Below the pieces are notes generated by a model. That model worked only from the letters and a program-made list of their open reading frames with translations. It was not told the origin of the DNA and made no database searches. 64,000 bases of DNA from Octopus vulgaris (lineage: Eukaryota), in NCBI GenBank assembly GCA_951406725.2, contig OX597829.1, positions 38,874,001-38,938,000 on the forward strand, written 5' to 3'. Within the stretch, counting starts at the first letter, position 1; each line of letters begins with the position of its first letter. Below are positions 56,145 to 64,000 of the stretch, one piece after another. The position numbers and the translations under genes are program-made.

Positions 56145-56483
56145 ATATGTATGTGTGTATACATATACATACATACATATACACACACACATTTGATTCC
56201 GGGACTGGATAGTGCATTGTGTTCTTGAGCAAGACACTTTATTTCATGTTGCTCCAGTTCACTAACTGTAGAAATGAGTTGCGACATTTCTGGTGTCAAG
56301 CTGTGCCAACCTCTGCCTTTACTCTGGACAGCATCAATGGAATGGAGAAGGGAAGCAGGTAAGCATGGCCAACTGCTAGTCTTCCATAAACAACCTTGCC
56401 CAAACTTGTGCCAAGGGGGGTATCTTTCTAGGTGCAATCTTATTGGTCATTCAAGACCAAAAGGGATCTTTACCATATATATA

Positions 56484-57010
56484 TCATCATCATCATCATC
56501 ATCATTTAGCGTCCGTTTTCCATGCTAGCATGGGTTGGACGGTTCAACTGGGGTCTGGGGAGCCCGAAGGCTGCACCAGGCCAGTCAGATCTGGCAGTGT
56601 TTCTACAGCTGGATGCCCTTCCTAACGCCAACCACTCCGAGAGTGTAGTGGGTGATTTTATGTGCCACCGACACAGGTGCCAGACGAGGCTGGCGAACGG
56701 CCACGCTCGGATGGTGTTTTTATGTGCCACCGACACAGGTGCCAGACGAGGCTGGCAGACGGCCACGCTCGGATGGTGTTTTTATGTGCCACCGACACAG
56801 GTGCCAGACGAGGCTGGCAGACGGCCACGCTCGGATGGTGTTTTTATGTGCCACCGACACAGGTGCCAGATGAGGCTGGCGGACAGCCACGATCGGATGG
56901 TGTTTGTTACGTCCCCAAAGCACGGAGGCCAGTCTATGCAGTACTGGCTACGGCCACGTTCGGATGATTTTCTTGTGTGCCACCGGCACTGGTACCACAA
57001 AGATACAAAT
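56484..57010 (-). mobile_element. SINE family C ((GAT)n tail) with an internal 62-bp tandem array
   Basis: Shares ctacagctggatgcccttcctaacgccaacc with 1-370, 5880-6280, 7840-8050, 40714-41050, 54070-54307 and 63710-63845. Confidence 0.8.
56657..56905. repeat. Minisatellite, 4 x 62 bp
   Basis: tgtgccaccgacacagg recurs at 56661, 56723, 56785 and 56847. Confidence 0.95.
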
Positions 57011-57011
57011 T

Positions 57012-57061
<50 letters not shown>

Positions 57062-57166
57062 TTATATATGCATGTATATATACATGTAGATGTAGGTACG
57101 TACATATATGTATGTATGTATGCATATATTTTATTTATTAAATTATATATATATATATATATACAT

Positions 57167-57197
<31 letters not shown>

Positions 57198-57923
57198 CAC
57201 ACACACACACGTAATTCCACACTTACTATTGCCAAAATTAAATAAACAGTGTGTATCACATAACATACATTCACACAGACATATACTCACTCGCAAGAAT
57301 ACAAAAGAAACACAACTACATATTCAGTTTCTCTCTCACTCCCTTCCACACACACACACAAACACACACTCCCTTCCACCAACTGAAAATAGGTCACACA
57401 TGGCTAATTCCATCATGCTTAATTACAATTATCTTTCATAATCGGAAAGCCTAATTAATTCACTCTACACTGTGTAAAGAAATTCATAGAACCTTCTGGA
57501 AGCATATCAAACTTGTTCTTACAGCTTTGTTACGTTGTTAGAACACTGTTATTTAAACCGTTTATTAATTGGCACCTTCTCTTCTGATTATAGATTCAAT
57601 CAATCCTAATGAGGAATGAGGAAAGCAAAACAACTTAGAGATAGTGAAATACTTTACAAATGGAGTTTTTGATGATGATGATGATGATGTGGATGATGAT
57701 GATGATGGTGACAATAGCAACGATGATGGTGGTGGTGATGATTATTGTGGTAAACATGACTGATGAAAATGATGATGATGATGGCAGGAGTGGCAATGGT
57801 AATAATAATGATATTGGTGATGATGGCAATGATGATGATCATAGTAATGGTGGTCAGGATGATGATTTATTTCTCAAATAAAAATAGAATAGTGAAAAAT
57901 TTAGAATACACAAATATATAACA

Positions 57924-58463
57924 CATCTTCCTACACATCCTCAGACTCAAACCAGAGGCCTACATCAAGTGCCTGGAGGAGGTAGTGCTGCCCTGGGTCA
58001 AGATGGTGCCTGCTGGAAGACCCTATGTCTGGCAACAGGACTCTGCACCATGTCACACAAGCAGAAGAACCCAGTCATAGCCGTCAGACAATCTCTGCAA
58101 CCATCACTCCTAACATCTGACTACCTAACTCCCCAGACTGCAATCCCCCGGATTATTATGTGTGGGGCACAGTTGAGCAAGAGACCAATAAAATCCCTTG
58201 TAGTATCAATAATGAACTGAAAGCAAGAATTATGGCAGCATTCACCAACTTAAACAAGGAGACTATCCAAAGAGTTGCAGGAGATTCTGAAGTTGTCTGG
58301 AGGCTGTGGTTGAAGCCAATGGCGATTTCATTGAATAAATTTACTCTTTAGTATTCCAAGATATTTTTATGTAATTTTGGTAAATATATCTGTTAAAAGG
58401 AGATGTCAGTGTTATTTTCATTTTTGCATAATTTAGATGACAGTTTATTCACTGCAACCTCTG
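57924..58463 (+). mobile_element. C-terminal half of a DD37D (maT-like) transposon
   Basis: IFLHILRLKPEAYIKCLEEVVLPW...VWQQDSAPCH...PNSPDCNPPDYYVWG. Ends in a TIR-like sequence (rc CAGAGGTTGCAGTGAATAA). Confidence 0.82.
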
Positions 58464-58499
58464 TGTGTGTGTATGTGTATGTATGTATGTATATGTATG

Positions 58500-58547
<48 letters not shown>

Positions 58548-58598
58548 TACATATATATATGTAAGAGTACATATACCCCAGCCTGTTGTTGTTATTAC

Positions 58599-58634
<36 letters not shown>

Positions 58635-59282
58635 TGCATGCCCACACTCACAAACATATCAGAAATCATACTGCAGCATGGTTGTTGTTGTTATATTAGA
58701 ATAGTTTTAATGACGGATAAAAATAGCAAAGAATGAATTTAAATGCCAGCATGTACGAGATAGATTGACAGATAGTGAAGGAGAAGGGAGGAGGTGTTTA
58801 TGCAGACATTGCATCTTTTTTTGTCATCTCATGTCCATTACACTTTTATTACAAGTCTTAGTACTTTAACTGTGACCTTCATTTTTCAAGTGAAACAGCA
58901 AGTGGTAGCATATTTGATGTAGAGAGTATCAAAAAATAACTAAAACAGAATATCTAAAATAAATCTTATTAAAAAAAAACATGTTTATCTTTGAAACAAA
59001 TATAGGTGACAGCTCTGCTTGTACAGCAAAGTTTATGCATCACTAAGCAGGTCAGATCACACAAAAACATGTCTGGAGTTCTCTCTTGCATTTGATATAT
59101 TAAGTAAAATTATATCAATTCATTGAGCTAATATTTTTTTTTTTTTTTTTTTTTACTGCATAAATTTTTCAAAGTATGTATTTTTTTTATTTTTTTACAT
59201 GGTCACAGTCATTGAACTGAAACATATAAAAGAATAAAAGAATGTCATCTCTGAATTAACCTCAGTGAACTTTTTTTGTTAA

Positions 59283-59485
59283 CCCTTTTGATACTAACCC
59301 ATCTGAGACTGCCCTTGGTTTTATGATATAAACTTCACGCTTTTAAGGAATTTCAGTTAAAACTTTCCATCAAAATTCAATGTTAATATATGTTCCAGAC
59401 ACCAACTTAATAATGACAAAATTATTTTACTAAATTCTTCGTTACTTTCAGACATAATTGAAACAAAGGCAACGTATTTCAACAT
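59283..59485. mobile_element. Diverged, inverted copy of the piggyBac-like MITE
   Basis: Begins TTAA-CCCTTTTGATAC; internal sequence is the reverse complement of the 50831 copy. Confidence 0.6.
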
Positions 59486-62279
59486 AAGAGATAAATGTAC
59501 TAATTTTTCATGCTCTAATTATATGCAATATTTTACATCCAATTTTGGCAAAAAACAGTGAAGGAAATTTCTTTTTCTTTCTTTTCTTTTTGTTGTTGAG
59601 AAGGTCTAATAAGACCAAAATATGCTCAAAGTTGTCTCCCACACTTACTGAAATGATTAAAATGAAATTGTCTTTTCCTTGTAACATAATTATTTCAAAT
59701 TAGGTTCTTTTTTTTTTATATATATATGTTTTAACTACTCAATGGGAATATATCACTAATATGTGTTGTCAGCCAAACAAACCAGGGTAAGGTTAGCAAA
59801 GTAATATGTCTATGTATAGTTACTCAACAATATGATTAGCTTTTAGCAAAGAACTGGACTCTAGTTAATAGATTCACCGACTTCAATTGAAATGCATTTC
59901 TATAAAGCTGTACACACACACACGTACACAAATACATATAACATAGTGAGAAAATAAGACAAACATAGAGAAATATTATTCAATAGAAAAGAACAATCCA
60001 CTGATGCCAAAACGCATATTTCTGAGACCATTGTGCAGTGCAAGTGTTGGTTTACATAAGTTATACACAACAAAGCATTCTTGTAAAAGTGCTCCTTATA
60101 GAAGTATGCAGTGTCATTTACTGTTGTTTACCATGTATACATAGAGTTATATATTATTACTTATACATATGGAAAAACACACCCACACTCTTCCTGCTTT
60201 TCTTCATCTCTGTGATATACATGAAAATCCATTTGTGTGTGTGGTGAAACTCATGAATAGAGGATGGTGGAATTTTTTTTTTTTTTTTTACAACTAGCCA
60301 CCCCAATCAGATCAACTCTAAATTTGTTCAAAGGAACTTTGCTGCTACCCATTGCCAATTATATTCAACTAAATAAGGTGTTGGCTGCATGAAACCTTCA
60401 AATATTTCATTAGATGAACTGTTGATGAAGCAGAATTAATGTGAAATGAAATACAAAGAAAACTGTGAAAATGAAAAAAGAATAAACAGCTGAAATTTTT
60501 GATATTTCACAGTAAGGATCCCTTCCCAAGGACATGTGAAGTAATGAGAGATGGAATTAATTGATGCTCAGATACGTAGGATTGGCTTTTATAACACCCC
60601 CAGTCTGTACATGTCAGTATCCTCTCAGCCCTGATATATCAAAATACGTGGTAAAACTTCCAACTGTTGTTCTATCTTCACATTTGTAGTTCATTTTGTA
60701 TCTCGTTTTCCATTGTTTTGACCTTATCAACTTTTTATCTAATAAAGTATAAAAAAATGCTTTGTGCAAACTATTCTTTAACGTATTTGTTTTACATACA
60801 TTTACTTTATTCTCCCTCATTCTTGAATATACACACACATGTATATATACATGTGTGTGTTTATGCGTACGTGTAACAATGTAATGTGATATGTCATGCT
60901 GTGCCAGAATGCAACAGGGTATACGATTGCAAGTGATAATATCAGGTATGAATAAAGAATACACAAGACAAAGTGTCAGATAGAAATATAAATATATATA
61001 TTACATAGAACATGATGAAAACCCATAAAAAAATTAAATCTCATATGCATACATTATACACACAAATACACACATTATATGTAGGTATACACATACATGC
61101 CATGAGTATATGTGTGTATAAATGAATGTATATATAAATTAATATAATAGGGAGAAATCAATACAAATTTACTAAAAGAATAAACAACTAATTTTTTTTT
61201 AAATGCTTCAAACAAACTAAAAATAAATTAATATAACGAAGTTTTATGAAGACTATTTTTAAGAATGTCTGGTAAATTCCATGAATTCTGACAATTTAAT
61301 ATGTATTTGTTACAATATCAATAATTGATACTATACAGCAGGTTTAATGTAATCAATAATTTGATTATATTTTATTAGCATAAAATATTTCTTATTTGGT
61401 TTTACTATTTGTTAAATTTTCATTCATTTTTTAGTGCCTTCTTTTTAATTTTCATTTCCTTGTCTTTTTAATGAAATTAAATTTAATTTCAGTTTTGGTA
61501 TCTTAGTTTTTTTTATATATATGTTTGTTTTGTAATTTTGTAGTCTGTTTCCACAAGCTATTAATCTCAGATAACTACTTTCAAAGAAGATATATTAGCT
61601 CAAAACACTCACACATATATAATGTATGTATGTATGTATACATGTGTGTGTGTGTGTGTAGATGTTATGGTCAATCTGCAAAATAGTGGTGAAGAATACT
61701 GTGTAGGAGTAAGGATACAAAAAATAATAAAGAATCACACAACATGAGTAGAATAAGAGACAAAGAAAAAATAGTATGCAGAGTTAGGCAAGTGAAGCAT
61801 GTGTCTGAAAAGTGTAGAAATATAAAGTTAAAAAACATCAAACAAAGAAGTGTACAATGAAGCTTAATACATCAAAGGAAGAAACAGAGGAGAATCTAAC
61901 ATTTCAAGGGATATCCATTTTCAAGAAGAAAGAATAAAAAAAGAATTGAGGAGCAAGACAAAGTAAAAAATTAACAAAACTAAAAAAAAGAAAAGATGTC
62001 TGTTCAAATGTCAGGTCTCAGGTGAAATGAAAGCAAAGAAGTGGAGGCACAATCTGAGTTACAAAGAGCTTAAATAAAGAAAGAACTTTGGAGTGAGGGA
62101 GAGAATAAGTAGGAAAAATAAGAGGGTGAAGAGAAAGTGAAAAGAGGAGGGGAAAAGAGATATGAATAGAGAGTGAAAACAAGAGGAAGTGTACTAGCAA
62201 GGAAAAAGTGAAAGGTGCATGTAAAAGTGTTTTGTACTATGATAGAGGTGAAGGTGGATGAATGGAAGGTGGTGTAGTA

Positions 62280-63350
62280 GGGTCTAGTATGCTACCATTA
62301 CCATACTATTCATAACTGAAGAGATGGAGTAGCTGAGGCAGATGAGGTACTGTTCTTTTTAGAAATGAGAGACAGGAAATCTGTAGTGTGAAATAATACC
62401 ACAGACTGAGAGAGGAGAAGCAGTGTGTGCAGGTGAGTTAAAATAGTGCCTAACTGGTGATGTGGTGGTGTTTTGGCAGATCTCTCAAAATAGTTCAGTG
62501 ATTTGATCCACTAACCTATAGCTATTTTTCTCCAATGTGTAGGAGACCACAGAACTGATTTTTAAGATACTAAATAACATTTTTAGAGATGCAGGTAAAA
62601 TGACAAGTAGTACAGGAGTGATGTTGGTGGGACTCAAGATGCATGGCTGTGTGTTGAATGAAGGACATGTTACACTGGGTTTGTGAGCAGGGGAAAGATG
62701 CAATTTGAGTGTTACGGTTGGGATTAGAAGAGCTGCAAACTGAAATGTCATGCAAATTACAAGCCCATTTAAAGCAAAGGGTCATTCATGGAAATTGCAG
62801 TGATAACTGTAGTATGTAGAAAGAGTACAAGATGGATTATTGATGAGATAAAATAAAAATGGAAGGTGATGGAAAAGGTCAAATGGTCAAAGGTATAGAG
62901 TATGAGTGTAAAGATGCAATCAATGTTAGGAGAGCAGAGGAAGAGGGTATTATTGAAAATAATCAGGGGATAACCTTGATACAAGAATTGGAGTGTCAAC
63001 AAGTGGAACTGAGCTTTCAAATCATGATCATGGTTACAGAGATGGCAAAAATATAGGAATTATGAGTAGAGGATGGAAGATTTAGAATAGATGGGGTGGA
63101 AAGTGGTGTAGTCAGTTGGCTCATAGAAAATGGACATGGAGTGAGAAAGGTTTTGATAATAAATGGGGAAAGAGATATCAAGGAAATTGACAGGATGGGA
63201 TGGTCAAAGGAATTAAAAGGCTGTGTGGAAGGACTTGATGAAAGTGATGAGTTGAATATGGGAGAGAAAGGTGGTTCTGGTGTAGTTATCTGTATACTTA
63301 TACACAGAGGTGACACCAGCAAACAGGTCAAAGACTTGAGCCATAACATA
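62280..63350 (-). mobile_element. Highly decayed LINE (Jockey/CR1-like) remnant
   Basis: Purine-rich plus strand. Minus-strand pieces (KWACNL, YRLVDQ, YYF) resemble post-RT LINE motifs. Weak. Confidence 0.3.
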
Positions 63351-63678
63351 ACCTACAAAATCATTAATGTAACTAGAGCCTATTCTAGTTCCTATGGTCA
63401 CTTCAGTTCTATTCTAGTTCCTATGGTCACTTCAGTAATCTGCTAGTTAAATTTACTATAAAAAGAGCAATTCAAAGTAAGGACAAAAGTAAAGGCATGT
63501 TCAGTAAAGTGGAGGAGAGTAGAAGTGCTGGGGTCAATGATAATGCAATAGTCTAAGAGTACATGATGATGAGAAGACAATCATCCTTTCAGTAAAGAGT
63601 GTATAGGGAATTAGTATGTTTTATTTGCTTCCTTTTTGGTTCTTACTGACTCTCAATGTTAGAGAGTCAATATATATG

Positions 63679-63712
<34 letters not shown>

Positions 63713-63843
63713 TTGGAAGGGCATCCAGCAGTAAAAATCCTGGCAAAACAGTCACAGAAGTCTGGTGCAAGCTTCAGCCTGGCTGGCTCTTGTGGTACTA
63801 TCCCACCCATGCTAGCATGAAACACAGACGTTAAATGATAATG

Positions 63844-64000
63844 ATATCTATCTATATATATATCTATATATCTATATATATATATATCTATATATCTATA
63901 TCTATATATCTATATCTATATATCTATATTTAGATATATATCTACATCTATATATCTATCTACATATCTATCTCCATCTATATATCTATCTACATATCTA
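63844..64000. repeat. (ATATCT)n-type microsatellite
   Basis: Direct reading. Confidence 0.95.

Noticed and set aside
56657-56905. CRISPR-like regular repeat and 230-aa ORF
   Set aside because: The units are contiguous and near-identical with no unique spacers, lie inside a SINE, and have no cas genes nearby.

Overview
Eukaryotic, very AT-rich, repeat-saturated DNA. The microsatellite load and tRNA-SINE families suggest a cephalopod (octopus-like) genome; this is inference. One host coding exon is recognisable: a minus-strand terminal exon (35653-36810) matching the C-terminal coiled coil of PDZD8, followed by a low-complexity tail. The rest is mobile DNA. It includes a near-complete Penelope-like element (PLE; RT plus GIY-YIG, inverted pLTRs each with a minimal hammerhead, 30361-34140), a second decayed PLE interrupted by a full-length mariner, Dong/R4-, CR1/L2-, RTE- and Tx1-type LINE remnants, piggyBac-like MITEs, a Helentron-type element and dozens of tRNA-SINEs. 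Most notable: (i) about ten minimal type-I hammerhead ribozyme motifs, several in head-to-head foldbacks, including a tRNA-headed SINE-like element with a hammerhead tail and a G3-C8 core-swap variant; (ii) a DD37D transposon split into two exactly complementary, oppositely oriented halves, implying a ~9.5 kb inversion; (iii) an AG|GTAAG recursive-splice-like junction at the PDZD8 last exon. Almost all other ORFs in the track are microsatellite or SINE artefacts. All calls are by eye, with no database searches.
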